Shown: in pieces, positions 16,153 through 25,883 of the stretch | Layout of the letters: the number at the start of each line of letters is the position of its first letter | Numbering within the stretch: the first letter of the stretch is position 1 | From: Escherichia phage JMPW1 | Strand: one strand, 5' to 3' | Sequence record: NC_041874.1 | DNA length: 49,628 bases | Translations under genes and position numbers: made by a program | The notes under the pieces: generated by a model | What the model saw: only the letters and a program-made list of their open reading frames with translations | What the model was told of the DNA's origin: nothing | Databases searched by the model: none

Positions 16153-17112
16153 ATGACTACTAAAAAATTTGATGAAGCAGATAAAAGCAATGTTGAAATG
16201 TATCTGATCCAGGCTGGCGTAAAACAGGATGCAGCCGCAACGATGGGTATCTGGACCGCTCAGGAACTACACCGCATCAAGAGTCAGTCCTATGAAGAAG
16301 ACTACCCGGTCGGCTCCGCTCTACGAGTATTCCCGGTTACAACCGAACTCTCTCCGACCGACAAGACGTTTGAGTACATGACCTTTGATAAGGTTGGTAC
16401 TGCTCAGATTATCGCTGACTATACCGATGACCTGCCTCTGGTTGATGCACTTGGTACTTCTGAATTTGGTAAGGTGTTCCGTTTGGGTAACGCGTATCTG
16501 ATCTCAATCGACGAAATCAAAGCAGGTCAGGCAACTGGTCGCCCACTGTCAACCCGTAAGGCGAGCGCGTGCCAGTTGGCGCATGATCAGCTTGTTAACC
16601 GCCTGGTGTTCAAAGGTTCCGCACCGCACAAGATTGTGTCCGTGTTTAACCATCCGAACATCACTAAAATTACCTCCGGTAAGTGGATTGATGCATCTAC
16701 TATGAAGCCGGAAACTGCGGAAGCTGAGCTAACTCAAGCGATCGAAACCATCGAGACGATTACTCGGGGTCAGCACCGCGCAACCAACATCCTGATCCCG
16801 CCTTCCATGCGTAAGGTTTTGGCGATTCGTATGCCTGAGACAACCATGTCTTATCTGGACTATTTTAAGTCTCAGAACTCCGGTATCGAAATCGACTCTA
16901 TCGCAGAGCTTGAGGATATTGACGGCGCAGGCACCAAAGGCGTACTGGTGTACGAAAAGAATCCGATGAACATGTCCATCGAGATCCCGGAAGCATTTAA
17001 TATGCTGCCAGCACAACCGAAAGACTTGCACTTTAAAGTGCCTTGCACTTCTAAGTGTACTGGTCTTACAATTTATCGCCCGATGACTATTGTCTTAATC
17101 ACTGGCGTGTAA
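16153..17112 (+). CDS. major capsid protein (putative)
   Basis: 319 aa, flanked by terminators, strong RBS GGAGAAG, position after scaffold/decoration genes. Confidence 0.6.
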   Translation: MTTKKFDEADKSNVEMYLIQAGVKQDAAATMGIWTAQELHRIKSQSYEEDYPVGSALRVFPVTTELSPTDKTFEYMTFDKVGTAQIIADYTDDLPLVDALGTSEFGKVFRLGNAYLISIDEIKAGQATGRPLSTRKASACQLAHDQLVNRLVFKGSAPHKIVSVFNHPNITKITSGKWIDASTMKPETAEAELTQAIETIETITRGQHRATNILIPPSMRKVLAIRMPETTMSYLDYFKSQNSGIEIDSIAELEDIDGAGTKGVLVYEKNPMNMSIEIPEAFNMLPAQPKDLHFKVPCTSKCTGLTIYRPMTIVLITGV

Positions 17113-17118
17113 TATTAT

Positions 17119-17146
17119 AGGGGCTAACTTAGTTAGTCCCTTTTTT
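17119..17146 (+). terminator. intrinsic terminator after capsid gene
   Basis: GGGGCTAACT / AGTTAGTCCC stem then TTTTTT. Confidence 0.55.
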
Positions 17147-17161
17147 ATTGGAGAAATCAAA

Positions 17162-17449
17162 ATGGCTAAAGAAAAAACTGTTGTTATCGTAAACGTTGGT
17201 GTAGCTCTTCAGATGTTCCGTCTTGAAGATGGTTCCTTTGCTAAAGTTCTTCCAGATGAAGAGGTCACGCTTCCGGCGTCCGTTCTTGATTTGCCTGGCC
17301 TGCGTTGCTTAATTGCTCGCGAAGAAATCGAAGTTAAAGACGACAGTGCAACCAACCGCAAAATCCGCGCTGAAATGGCAAAGATCACTAAGCCAGATCC
17401 GTGGGATAGCAAAAGCGTTAAAGAGCTTGAGGACGGCGGCGAATATTAA
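17162..17449 (+). CDS. hypothetical head-associated protein (95 aa)
   Basis: ORF with RBS GGAGAAATCAAA. Confidence 0.45.
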   Translation: MAKEKTVVIVNVGVALQMFRLEDGSFAKVLPDEEVTLPASVLDLPGLRCLIAREEIEVKDDSATNRKIRAEMAKITKPDPWDSKSVKELEDGGEY

Positions 17450-17454
17450 TCATC

Positions 17455-17482
17455 AAGGCGCTCATGTAGCGCCTTTTTTTAT
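17455..17482 (+). terminator. intrinsic terminator
   Basis: AAGGCGCTCATGTAGCGCCTT then T7. Confidence 0.55.
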
Positions 17483-17492
17483 GGGGGTAATT

Positions 17493-17903
17493 ATGAATCA
17501 AGAAACTTTAATTGCAGCTGTTGAGCAAATGCGAAAGCTGGTTCCGGCACTTCGTAAGGTTCCAGACGAAACGCTTTATGCGTGGGTAGAAATGGCTGAG
17601 CTTTTTGTATGCCAGAAGACCTTTAAAGACGCATACGTCAAAGCGATCGCTCTTTATGCATTACACCTTGCTTTCCTTGATGGGGCGCTAAAAGGTGAAG
17701 ATGAGGATCTGGAATCGTACTCACGCCGCGTTACGTCATTCTCACTGAGCGGTGAATTTAGCCAGACTTTCGGAGAGGTTACGAAGAACCAGTCAGGGAA
17801 CATGATGCTTTCTACGCCGTGGGGTAAGATGTTCGAACAGCTTAAAGCGAGACGCCGTGGTAGATTCGCATTAATGACAGGACTCCGTGGAGGATGCCAC
17901 TAA
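17493..17903 (+). CDS. putative head-tail connector/adaptor
   Basis: Gene order; start trimmed to ATG after terminator. Confidence 0.35.
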   Translation: MNQETLIAAVEQMRKLVPALRKVPDETLYAWVEMAELFVCQKTFKDAYVKAIALYALHLAFLDGALKGEDEDLESYSRRVTSFSLSGEFSQTFGEVTKNQSGNMMLSTPWGKMFEQLKARRRGRFALMTGLRGGCH

Positions 17904-18274
17904 TGAACTACTCACAGATTGAAAGAATGGCTCGCAAAGGCGTGGCTTTCTTCACCGATCCGTCAAGACCTATGAACCTGATAAAACAAGGTGAATACGG
18001 ATATGATGAAAACGGATTCGAGATCCCACCGATGGAACAGGTTATTCCAATATCCGGCGCGACGAGAAGACCGAACGCGCGTGAGATTGACGGGGAAACT
18101 ATCCGCGCCTCAGATATTTTGGGGATCTTCAATAATGATCATGAAATAAACGAAGGTGACTATATAGAGATTGATGGCATTCGTCATGTTGTCGTTGATG
18201 CTCGCCCGGTTCAGGCGTCACTGGAACCAGTTGCCTATCGTCCAGTGTTGCGGAGGGTATCAGTCGGTGGCTAA
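17894..18274 (+). CDS. putative head-closure / neck protein
   Basis: Gene order in head-tail joining block. Confidence 0.3.
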   Translation: MPLMNYSQIERMARKGVAFFTDPSRPMNLIKQGEYGYDENGFEIPPMEQVIPISGATRRPNAREIDGETIRASDILGIFNNDHEINEGDYIEIDGIRHVVVDARPVQASLEPVAYRPVLRRVSVGG

Positions 18275-18710
18275 TTATCAGATTCGTAGATTTCAAGGCG
18301 AGATTGATGCGTGGATTAAGGCAGCTGAAAGCACGTTAGAACATGCCATTGAGATATTCGTAAGGGATGTTCACGACGCTCTTGTTAGCCGCTCCCCTGT
18401 TGATACAGGTCGATTCAAGGGTAACTGGCAGATAACTTTTAACGAAATCCCTAACCACGCATTAAACCGATACGATAAAACTGGCAGTGTCGTAAGAGGT
18501 GAGGAGCAGGCCAAAACTTATGGCATGTTCAGCCGTGGCGGCGCGATAACATCAGTTCACTTTTCAAACATGTTGATTTATGCAAACGCTCTTGAGTACG
18601 GTCATTCACAGCAAGCACCGAGCGGAGTTGTCGGTCTTGTGGCATTAAGGCTGAGATCATATATGGCTGACGCAATCAAGCAGGCAAGGAGACAGCAAAA
18701 TGCACTATGA
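18267..18710 (+). CDS. putative tail completion / neck protein (GTG start)
   Basis: Frame open from GTG 18267 preceded by GGAGGG. Confidence 0.3.
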   Translation: MANYQIRRFQGEIDAWIKAAESTLEHAIEIFVRDVHDALVSRSPVDTGRFKGNWQITFNEIPNHALNRYDKTGSVVRGEEQAKTYGMFSRGGAITSVHFSNMLIYANALEYGHSQQAPSGVVGLVALRLRSYMADAIKQARRQQNAL

Positions 18711-19098
18711 GTTATCAGCGGCGGCGCGAGCCGCTTTTCTATCAAAGTACAGAGACTTTCCTCACTACATGGAAAACAGAAATTTCACACCTCCTAAGGA
18801 TGGCGGCATGTGGCTGAGGTTCAACTACATTGAGGGGGATACGCTTTATCTATCCATTGACAGAAAGTGTAAATCTTACATCGCAATCGTTCAGATCGGC
18901 GTAGTGTTCCCTCCAGGCTCCGGCGTTGACGAAGCAAGATTGAAGGCAAAAGAGATTGCTGATTTTTTCAAAGATGGTAAAATGCTTAACGTTGGTTATA
19001 TTTTCGAGGGTGCAATCGTGCATCAAATTGTTAAACATGAAAGCGGGTGGATGATTCCGGTTCGCTTTACAGTACGAGTAGACACAAAGGAGACTTAA
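18700..19098 (+). CDS. putative tail terminator-like protein
   Basis: Gene order immediately upstream of major tail protein. Confidence 0.3.
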   Translation: MHYELSAAARAAFLSKYRDFPHYMENRNFTPPKDGGMWLRFNYIEGDTLYLSIDRKCKSYIAIVQIGVVFPPGSGVDEARLKAKEIADFFKDGKMLNVGYIFEGAIVHQIVKHESGWMIPVRFTVRVDTKET

Positions 19099-19099
19099 T

Positions 19100-19768
19100 A
19101 TGCACTTACCAAATGGCGCGCAAATTTTCGTGGAAACCTCTCGCGGAGAAGAGATAGAGGCGACCGCTGTCACTAACGAAAAAAATCCTGTTGCTACAGT
19201 TGCATCTAAAGGTGACTTAGTAAAAGGTGATTACGTTATTGTAACTCAGTCAACTTGGGCTAAGATGGTTAGTCGAGTACTAATTGTTACTGACGCTCAG
19301 GAAACAAGTATTACTCTTGCTGGAATTGACACTACTGATACTCTTGTTTTCCCGGCTGGCGGTACAATGAGCTTTGCAAAAGTTACTGGTTGGACTGAGA
19401 TCCCTTGCGTACAGGAGATTGGTCAGGACGGCGGCGAGCAGCAGTATTACACTTATCAGTGTTTGTCCGACGATAAAGAACAGCAGATCCCTACGTTTAA
19501 ATCTGCAATCTCGCTAACGTACACCTTCGCGCACGAATTTGATAACCCTATCTATCCTATTCTGCGTAAGCTGGATTCTTCTGGTCAGGTAACTGCGGTT
19601 CGGATGTATGTTCCAAAAGCGAACGAGATGCGCATGTGGGCTGGTATCTTGTCTTTTAACGACATTCCGTCTACGCAAGTAAACGAAATGGAAACGGTAC
19701 AACTAGCCGTATCCCTGAAAGGTGACTTTACTTTCATCTCATCCACTCTGGCATCGCCTGGTGCTTAA
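19100..19768 (+). CDS. major tail protein (putative)
   Basis: 222 aa, followed by terminator and chaperone pair with frameshift. Confidence 0.55.
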   Translation: MHLPNGAQIFVETSRGEEIEATAVTNEKNPVATVASKGDLVKGDYVIVTQSTWAKMVSRVLIVTDAQETSITLAGIDTTDTLVFPAGGTMSFAKVTGWTEIPCVQEIGQDGGEQQYYTYQCLSDDKEQQIPTFKSAISLTYTFAHEFDNPIYPILRKLDSSGQVTAVRMYVPKANEMRMWAGILSFNDIPSTQVNEMETVQLAVSLKGDFTFISSTLASPGA

Positions 19769-19780
19769 ATACCATCCATA

Positions 19781-19805
19781 GGGGGCTTGCGCCCCCTTAT
19801 TCATT
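19781..19805 (+). terminator. intrinsic terminator after major tail gene
   Basis: GGGGGC-TTGC-GCCCCC then TTATTCATTT. Confidence 0.55.
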
Positions 19806-19843
19806 TCTGTAAAATCATCCTATCAACTCTATTCACTTAACTT

Positions 19844-19860
19844 TTAACAAAAAGTGCTAT
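19844..19860 (+). promoter_or_regulatory. Reverse-orientation box in leader of tail chaperone gene
   Basis: TTAACAAAAAGTGCTAT, then CCAATCAGGAGA RBS. Confidence 0.45.
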
Positions 19861-19881
19861 CAACCAATCAGGAGAAACATC

Positions 19882-20199
19882 ATGGCTAAATTCAATTTCG
19901 TGTTGGGCCAGCTTCCAGACTTCAAACTTCCGGTGACGTTCACCATGCCAAACGGCGAGGATGCAACTATTATTTTTACAGTGCGCCACCTTTCCAGTAA
20001 AGAAGTGCAAGATATGTATGCGAAGCAGGGCGAAATGAATGATAGCGATTTCATCACTAAGATCGCGTCAGGCTGGAATCTGGAAGAAGAATTTAACGAA
20101 GAGAATACGCGTAAACTGGTACAGTATTATCCTTCCGCAGCGTACAACCTGACGGCAACTTACATCAAGGCGCTTGCCGGACACCGCGCAAAAAACTAA
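19882..20199 (+). CDS. tail assembly chaperone (G-like)
   Basis: Position between major tail and tape measure; ends at slippery site. Confidence 0.6.
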   Translation: MAKFNFVLGQLPDFKLPVTFTMPNGEDATIIFTVRHLSSKEVQDMYAKQGEMNDSDFITKIASGWNLEEEFNEENTRKLVQYYPSAAYNLTATYIKALAGHRAKN

Positions 20200-20516
20200 A
20201 AAGGGCGGTTTATCTGTTATATCAGAAACCGCCGACAGAAGAGCAATTACGATCGGTTGGCCTCAGTCTTTCTGACTATGAAGACGAGGAACCGGAAACG
20301 ATAATCGGCGATACTGAAATGGTGAAGGCGTGGAATGTTTTTACGTCAATGCTCACTCAGTGGAGAAGTTCAGGCGCTGGAGCTTATGGTCTTGACTATA
20401 ATGTTTTGCCTATGTTGTTCAAAATCTATAAAATAGAAGATGAAGAACTGGCATTGCAGGACGTTAGAATCATGGAAGCGAAAGCGCTTGAAATGGTTGC
20501 TAAGCAAAACAACTAA
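19882..20516 (+). CDS. tail assembly chaperone -1 frameshift fusion product (GT-like)
   Basis: Slippery heptamer A_AAA_AAC at 20190-20196 just before TAA; -1 frame open through 20516. Confidence 0.55.
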
Positions 20517-20538
20517 GCCGCCGTTTGGCGGTTTTTTC
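20517..20538 (+). terminator. hairpin + T-run upstream of tape measure gene
   Basis: CCGCC-GTTT-GGCGG then TTTTTT. Confidence 0.45.
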
Positions 20539-20554
20539 GTATATAGGGGGTTAT

Positions 20555-23428
20555 ATGGTTGATAAGGTAGCAGGTCTGTCGCTTGACGTTGATGTGTCAA
20601 CAGTGCAGCGCGCCGTCAAGTCACTGAAAGAGTTTTCAAAGGCCAACGACCAGGCCGCTGATTCTATGGGTTCTTTAATCAATGAGTCAGAGGTTGCAAA
20701 ACAGAAGGCCAAAGAACACGCTGAACAACTAAGGCGCCAGAGAAAAGAGTATGAGGCCGTGGAGAAGGCAATCGATCCTACAGTATCAAAAATGGAAAGG
20801 TTGAAGATTGCATCTCAGCAGCTTGATAAACTCTGGCAGCAGGGAGTCGTTCCAGATGAGACGTTTTTCCGTTTGGGTGAAATGCTGGATCTGCAAAACG
20901 CAAAACTTGCTCGCAGCCGGGCTATGCTTACGGAAGAAGGTCAGGCGGCATTGCAGGAAGCGAAAGCAAAAGAGCAGGCGGCAGCACGAAGCAAGGCGTT
21001 CATGGATGCCCTGAATGGTCAAGTTAACGCGATCGGCAAGACTCATGCTGAATTGATGGAACTGAAAGCGGCTGAGCTTGGTTTATCGAAAGAAGCAGCA
21101 CCACTAATCGCAAAACTTAAAGATCAAGGCCGAGCTATGAATGCAGCAGGTATTAGCGCCGGGGAATACAGGCAAGCAATGCGAATGCTTCCTGCACAGA
21201 TTACCGACGTCGTTACATCTCTTGCGTCCGGCATGCCAGTTTGGATGGTTGCCATCCAGCAAGGCGGTCAAATCAAGGACTCGTTCGGCGGGATTGGTAA
21301 TACGTTTAAAGTGTTGCTGAGTTATATTAATCCAGTCACAGCAGGTATTGGCGTTCTTGTTGGTTCGTTAGGTCTTCTGGCGAAAGCTGGTTATGACTCT
21401 TACAAGTCAATAACTGATATTCAGAATGCGCTTATTGAGACTGGCGGTTATGCAGGTGTTACGGCTGAAGATCTTGATTCAGTGTCTAAAAAGATCGCGC
21501 AGACAAGTAACTCAACCATTGGGAGTATTCGCGAGATTGTAACGGAGTTGGCAAGTTCTGGTAAGTACACCCGCGAGCAGATCCAGAACATCACTAAGGC
21601 TACCGCAGAGTGGTCAGCGTCAACAGGAAAATCAGCAAGTCAAATTATTTCTGAGTTCGACAAAATCGCAAGCGATCCGGTAAAAGGTCTGAAGAAGTTA
21701 AATGAGCAATATAATTTCCTTGAAAAAGGGCAGCTTACCTATATCGATACATTAAGCCGGACGAAAGGAGAAACTGAGGCAGTATCTGAAGCAACGAAAT
21801 TATTCGCCGACGTAATGGAAAAGCGAATGAAGTCAATAGCGGATAATGCTACCCCTCTGGAAAAAATGTGGAACGATATTAAACAATGGGCTTCGGACGC
21901 GTGGGGATGGGTGGGTGATCATACACTTGGGGCGCTAAACCTGATTATTGATGTGGTTCAGGGTACAGTGATTCAGGTAAAAATGATTCTTGCGAAAGGT
22001 GACGAATACATCTCAAACTTTATTGCCTCTGCGATTAAGGCTACACAGTCTCTTCCTGGTATGAGTGATTTCGGCGCTGATGTACTGAAGGAGCAGGAGA
22101 ATATTGTAAAAAGTTCTCGCGACAACTACGATCAGTTATCTTCAGAGCTTGACGCTATTAACGCTCGTGTAGAAAAAGGAGAGATGGGATACATTGAAGC
22201 AATGAGGCAGCGTCGCACTCTTGAAAAGCAGTACAGCGAGGAAACTAAGGAGGCAATAAGGAAAGAAGCAGAAGAGATCGAGAAGCGAAACCGAGAACGA
22301 AATAAGCAGTCGAAAATTGTACGCTCACCGACAGAGCAATTCGACAAGGAGTTAATTTCACTCAAGGCTCAACTTAAGGTATTGCAGGAGCACAAGGAGA
22401 TCGGGCAAAAACTTTCCGCACAGAGAAAGGCGTTGTTTACAACTGAGGCTACGATCGCTGTTCTTCGCGAAGCCAGCTCTAAGCGTCAGTTGTCTGCGGA
22501 AGAAAAAGCGTTGCTGGCAAGTCAGGAGAGAGTTATTGAGCTTGCAAAACAGAAGGCCGAGATTGGCGATCAGATTGTTAAGCAACAACAGTTGAATGAT
22601 CTTACCGATAAATCTCTGAAGTTTGTCAATGAGATGACGGCGGCGACAGAACAGCTTAACGCGTCACGCGGTCTTAGCACGCGCGAAATGGAACGACAAG
22701 CGGAACTGGCTAAAATAACCACTGATTACATCAACTCTGGAGGTAGTGAGGGAGACGAAAAACTCCAGAACATGATTAAGGCGCAAAATGATTACTACGC
22801 TGCGGAAGATGCCAAGCGTGCTGACTGGTTAGCTGGTGCTGAAAGTGCTTTTGCTGATTACGGTGATGCAGCAATGGATATGTACGGCAATGTTAACGAT
22901 ATCGCGTCAAGTGCACTTAACGGAATGTCAGATATGATGGTTCAATTTCTGACCACAGGAAAAGCGAACTTTGAGGACTTTGCGAAAAATATCATCGGCA
23001 TGATTATAAAGATGATTGCTCAGATGGTAATCTTCAATACGATCTCAGGCATGATGGGCGGTAAGACGTGGAGCTTTGCTGGAGGGGCGTCGTCTGGTGC
23101 TTCTGCGGCATCACAGGCAACCCCTACACCTGCCGCTTCTGTTTTTAGATCTGCATCATCCGGCGGGGCCGCTGTATCACTTGCTGCCGCAGCGGGTAGC
23201 GTGGCAACCTCTGGATTCAACGCATCAAACTCGGCGCCAAAGGCGATAAACCATTCAGGAGGTGGAACGGTAGTTGATGTTAGTGGAATGGAGGTGAGAG
23301 TTGACAACGGCTCAGATCCGAGGGGGATTTCTCAGGGTGTAGAAATGATGTTCAAAAAGATGATTCGCGAGTCTTGTTCGCAGGGCGGCGAGGTTTATAA
23401 TTACATTCAGGAAAAAACAGGAGGCTAA
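20555..23428 (+). CDS. tail tape measure protein
   Basis: About 957 aa, coiled-coil-rich, Gly/Ala/Met-rich hydrophobic segment, follows frameshift chaperones. Confidence 0.85.
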   Translation: MVDKVAGLSLDVDVSTVQRAVKSLKEFSKANDQAADSMGSLINESEVAKQKAKEHAEQLRRQRKEYEAVEKAIDPTVSKMERLKIASQQLDKLWQQGVVPDETFFRLGEMLDLQNAKLARSRAMLTEEGQAALQEAKAKEQAAARSKAFMDALNGQVNAIGKTHAELMELKAAELGLSKEAAPLIAKLKDQGRAMNAAGISAGEYRQAMRMLPAQITDVVTSLASGMPVWMVAIQQGGQIKDSFGGIGNTFKVLLSYINPVTAGIGVLVGSLGLLAKAGYDSYKSITDIQNALIETGGYAGVTAEDLDSVSKKIAQTSNSTIGSIREIVTELASSGKYTREQIQNITKATAEWSASTGKSASQIISEFDKIASDPVKGLKKLNEQYNFLEKGQLTYIDTLSRTKGETEAVSEATKLFADVMEKRMKSIADNATPLEKMWNDIKQWASDAWGWVGDHTLGALNLIIDVVQGTVIQVKMILAKGDEYISNFIASAIKATQSLPGMSDFGADVLKEQENIVKSSRDNYDQLSSELDAINARVEKGEMGYIEAMRQRRTLEKQYSEETKEAIRKEAEEIEKRNRERNKQSKIVRSPTEQFDKELISLKAQLKVLQEHKEIGQKLSAQRKALFTTEATIAVLREASSKRQLSAEEKALLASQERVIELAKQKAEIGDQIVKQQQLNDLTDKSLKFVNEMTAATEQLNASRGLSTREMERQAELAKITTDYINSGGSEGDEKLQNMIKAQNDYYAAEDAKRADWLAGAESAFADYGDAAMDMYGNVNDIASSALNGMSDMMVQFLTTGKANFEDFAKNIIGMIIKMIAQMVIFNTISGMMGGKTWSFAGGASSGASAASQATPTPAASVFRSASSGGAAVSLAAAAGSVATSGFNASNSAPKAINHSGGGTVVDVSGMEVRVDNGSDPRGISQGVEMMFKKMIRESCSQGGEVYNYIQEKTGG

Positions 23429-23430
23429 TA

Positions 23431-23784
23431 ATGGCTGCACTTGACACTTTCGGTTGGTGTACGCAGGTTCAAGGGGGCGGCGGCTCCCTTACCACTACCA
23501 ATAACGACCGCTCCATCCAGTTTGGTAACGGCTACATGCAGCTTGCATCGTCTGGATTTAACACCACTCGACGCGAGTATTCAGTCGTCTATGCCGGGGA
23601 AGATTTCATGGCTGTTTACGACTTCTGCAACTCTCACCGCATAAAGCCGTTCGCATGGACGCCGCCGGACGGGAAGATCGGAATATGGGTTGTAAAGCCT
23701 AACAGCTTGGGAGCTAAGCCAGTATCACGCGACGTGATGGAAATTAACGTAACGTTTATGGAGCAGTTTACATCTATGGAATAG
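23431..23784 (+). CDS. minor tail protein M-like
   Basis: Size and motifs FGNGY.Q and FAWTPP recalled from lambda gpM. Confidence 0.7.
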   Translation: MAALDTFGWCTQVQGGGGSLTTTNNDRSIQFGNGYMQLASSGFNTTRREYSVVYAGEDFMAVYDFCNSHRIKPFAWTPPDGKIGIWVVKPNSLGAKPVSRDVMEINVTFMEQFTSME

Positions 23785-23873
23785 CACCTCATGACAAAAG
23801 CCCGCCTTGCGCGGGTGGCGCTCAGGTTTACAGATTTCACGGAGAGAATATCCAGTACACTCCAGAAGAAATA

Positions 23874-24479
23874 ATGCAGGCCCAGCAAACCGGAACACTA
23901 CCGCCGAAAGAAATTACATTCCGTGGTGAGCAATACGGAGCGCGCCCGTTCGGTATATCCGGGATCTCGTTTGATAGTTCCGGCAAGGCAACAAAACCAC
24001 AATTAACAGTGGCAAATATTGATAGCAGAGTGTCGGCAATGATTCGCGCATATAACGGATTGATGCAGGCGAAGGTGACAATCTGGATCACTCAAAAGGA
24101 CTTAATTCAACCTGACGGCTCAATCGCTGATGGAGCTTACCGTAAACTGGTATACTATATCGAACGCCCGAGCTATGTCGATAAGAGTGTTGCGTGGTTC
24201 GATCTCACATCACCGTATGATATGGATGGCATCATGATCCCATCTCGACTCACACAAAGCGTATGCTATTGGGCGCAGCGTGGATGGTATAAAACCGGGA
24301 AGGGCTGCGGATATAACGGGCAAAACGGTTACTTTGATAAAGACAATAACCCGGTAGATGATCCTTCACTGGACTTTTGCCCAGGAACGGTAACGGCCTG
24401 CCGCCTGCGATTCGGCGCAAACAATGAATTGGATTTTGGCGGTTGCGCTGTCGCTTCACTACAGAGGAAAAATCAATGA
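23874..24479 (+). CDS. minor tail protein L-like
   Basis: Gene order M-L-K-I-J; RGEQYGARPFGISG and LTVANI resemble lambda gpL; start uncertain. Confidence 0.6.
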   Translation: MQAQQTGTLPPKEITFRGEQYGARPFGISGISFDSSGKATKPQLTVANIDSRVSAMIRAYNGLMQAKVTIWITQKDLIQPDGSIADGAYRKLVYYIERPSYVDKSVAWFDLTSPYDMDGIMIPSRLTQSVCYWAQRGWYKTGKGCGYNGQNGYFDKDNNPVDDPSLDFCPGTVTACRLRFGANNELDFGGCAVASLQRKNQ

Positions 24480-25210
24480 TTAGTGCAAAAATTAAACTTG
24501 AAATTATGACTCACGCTCAAGAAGAATACCCACGCGAATGCTGCGGGGTAGTCACCCAAAAGGGCCGATTGCAAAAATACCATCGCGTTGATAATGTACA
24601 TCGCGATCCTGAGAATCACTTCATGATGGACGCAGTGCAATACGCATGTATTGAGGACGACGCAGACTCAACCACGATCGCAATTGTCCACAGCCACACC
24701 GGTGACGGAGCTACAACTCTTCCCAGCGCTCACGATACGTGCATGTGTAATGAGATGGAAGTGACCTGGATTATTGTTAGCGTGCCGGAAGGAGATATGC
24801 GCTTTGTGAAGCCTGAGAAATTGCCCCTGATTGGTCGCCCGTGGTCGTTAGGCTCCTTTGATTGTTACGGCCTTGTGATGGCGTGGCATAAAGAGCATGG
24901 CGTAGAGTTGCGCGATCGCCGATTGAATTTTGAATGGTGGAAGCCTGAGCACGGACTTAATCTCTATCAGGATTATTACAAGCAAGATGGATTCGTAGAG
25001 ATTCCAGATCAGAATAACCCGTCATTCGGTGATATGGTAATCATGCAGATAGGGCAAAACGTTCCGGTATGGAACCATGCAGGGATTTACCTGGGAGATA
25101 ATCAGATCTTGCATCATGCCTTCGGCAAGCTATCTCGTCGTGATATTTATTCCGGATGGTATCAGGATCACACTGTTTTAATTGTTCGCCATAAGGATCT
25201 CAAATTATGA
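24476..25210 (+). CDS. tail assembly protein K-like (JAB/MPN + NlpC/P60-like)
   Basis: JAB-type HSHTGDGATTLPSAHD motif; overlapping start (ATGA). Confidence 0.65.
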   Translation: MISAKIKLEIMTHAQEEYPRECCGVVTQKGRLQKYHRVDNVHRDPENHFMMDAVQYACIEDDADSTTIAIVHSHTGDGATTLPSAHDTCMCNEMEVTWIIVSVPEGDMRFVKPEKLPLIGRPWSLGSFDCYGLVMAWHKEHGVELRDRRLNFEWWKPEHGLNLYQDYYKQDGFVEIPDQNNPSFGDMVIMQIGQNVPVWNHAGIYLGDNQILHHAFGKLSRRDIYSGWYQDHTVLIVRHKDLKL

Positions 25211-25806
25211 ATGATGTAAAAGTAATCAAATTATCAGGTTCACTTGGAAGGCGCTTTGGCGTCTTTCACCGATTTGCTGTTGACTCTTACCCGGAAGCTA
25301 TCCGGGCGCTATCTAGTCAGGTAGACGGATTTAAAGAATACATGCAAAGTGAGGTAGGTTCGCGTAGCAAGTTTGCAATATTTGTGGACGGCGTTAACGT
25401 AGGCCACCATGAAGAGGAGAAATTCAAGTGCGCAAAAGAGATAAGAATTGTGCCGATCCCAACTGGTTCTAAGTCCGGCGGTCTATTCCAGGTGGTATTG
25501 GGAGCGGCAATAATGGTTGCGGCATTCTATACTGGAGGCGCATCTCTGGCGTTAATGGGTACAATGTCCTCATCACTGTTTATGATGGGCGGCGCTATGG
25601 TGTTGGGTGGAGTGATGCAGATGATTTCACCGCAGCCGGGAGGCGCAAACTTTGAAGTTCAATCAAGCAAGAATAAACCTTCTTACGCGTTCGGCGGTGC
25701 TGTCAATACGACGGCGGCTGGATACCCTCTCCCGGTCCCGTATGGATATCGCGCCGGAGGTGGCGCAACTTTCTCAGCAGGTTCTTATGCCGAGGATATG
25801 AGTTAA
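25207..25806 (+). CDS. tail assembly protein I-like
   Basis: Position; C-terminal Gly/Ala/Met-rich hydrophobic region as in lambda gpI. Confidence 0.6.
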   Translation: MNDVKVIKLSGSLGRRFGVFHRFAVDSYPEAIRALSSQVDGFKEYMQSEVGSRSKFAIFVDGVNVGHHEEEKFKCAKEIRIVPIPTGSKSGGLFQVVLGAAIMVAAFYTGGASLALMGTMSSSLFMMGGAMVLGGVMQMISPQPGGANFEVQSSKNKPSYAFGGAVNTTAAGYPLPVPYGYRAGGGATFSAGSYAEDMS

Positions 25807-25810
25807 AATT

Positions 25811-25838
25811 AACCCGCCTTGCGCGGGTTTTTTTTCGC
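25811..25838 (+). terminator. intrinsic terminator
   Basis: AACCCGCC-TTGC-GCGGGTT then T8. Confidence 0.65.
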
Positions 25839-25861
25839 CTGTATAATGAGTCCACCGATAA

Positions 25862-25880
25862 ATAGCACAAAAAGGTAAAC
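25862..25880 (+). promoter_or_regulatory. Box variant in leader of central fibre gene (downstream of -10 TATAAT 25842-25847)
   Basis: ATAGCACAAAAAGGTAAAC directly before ATG 25884. Confidence 0.4.
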
Positions 25881-25883
25881 ATC

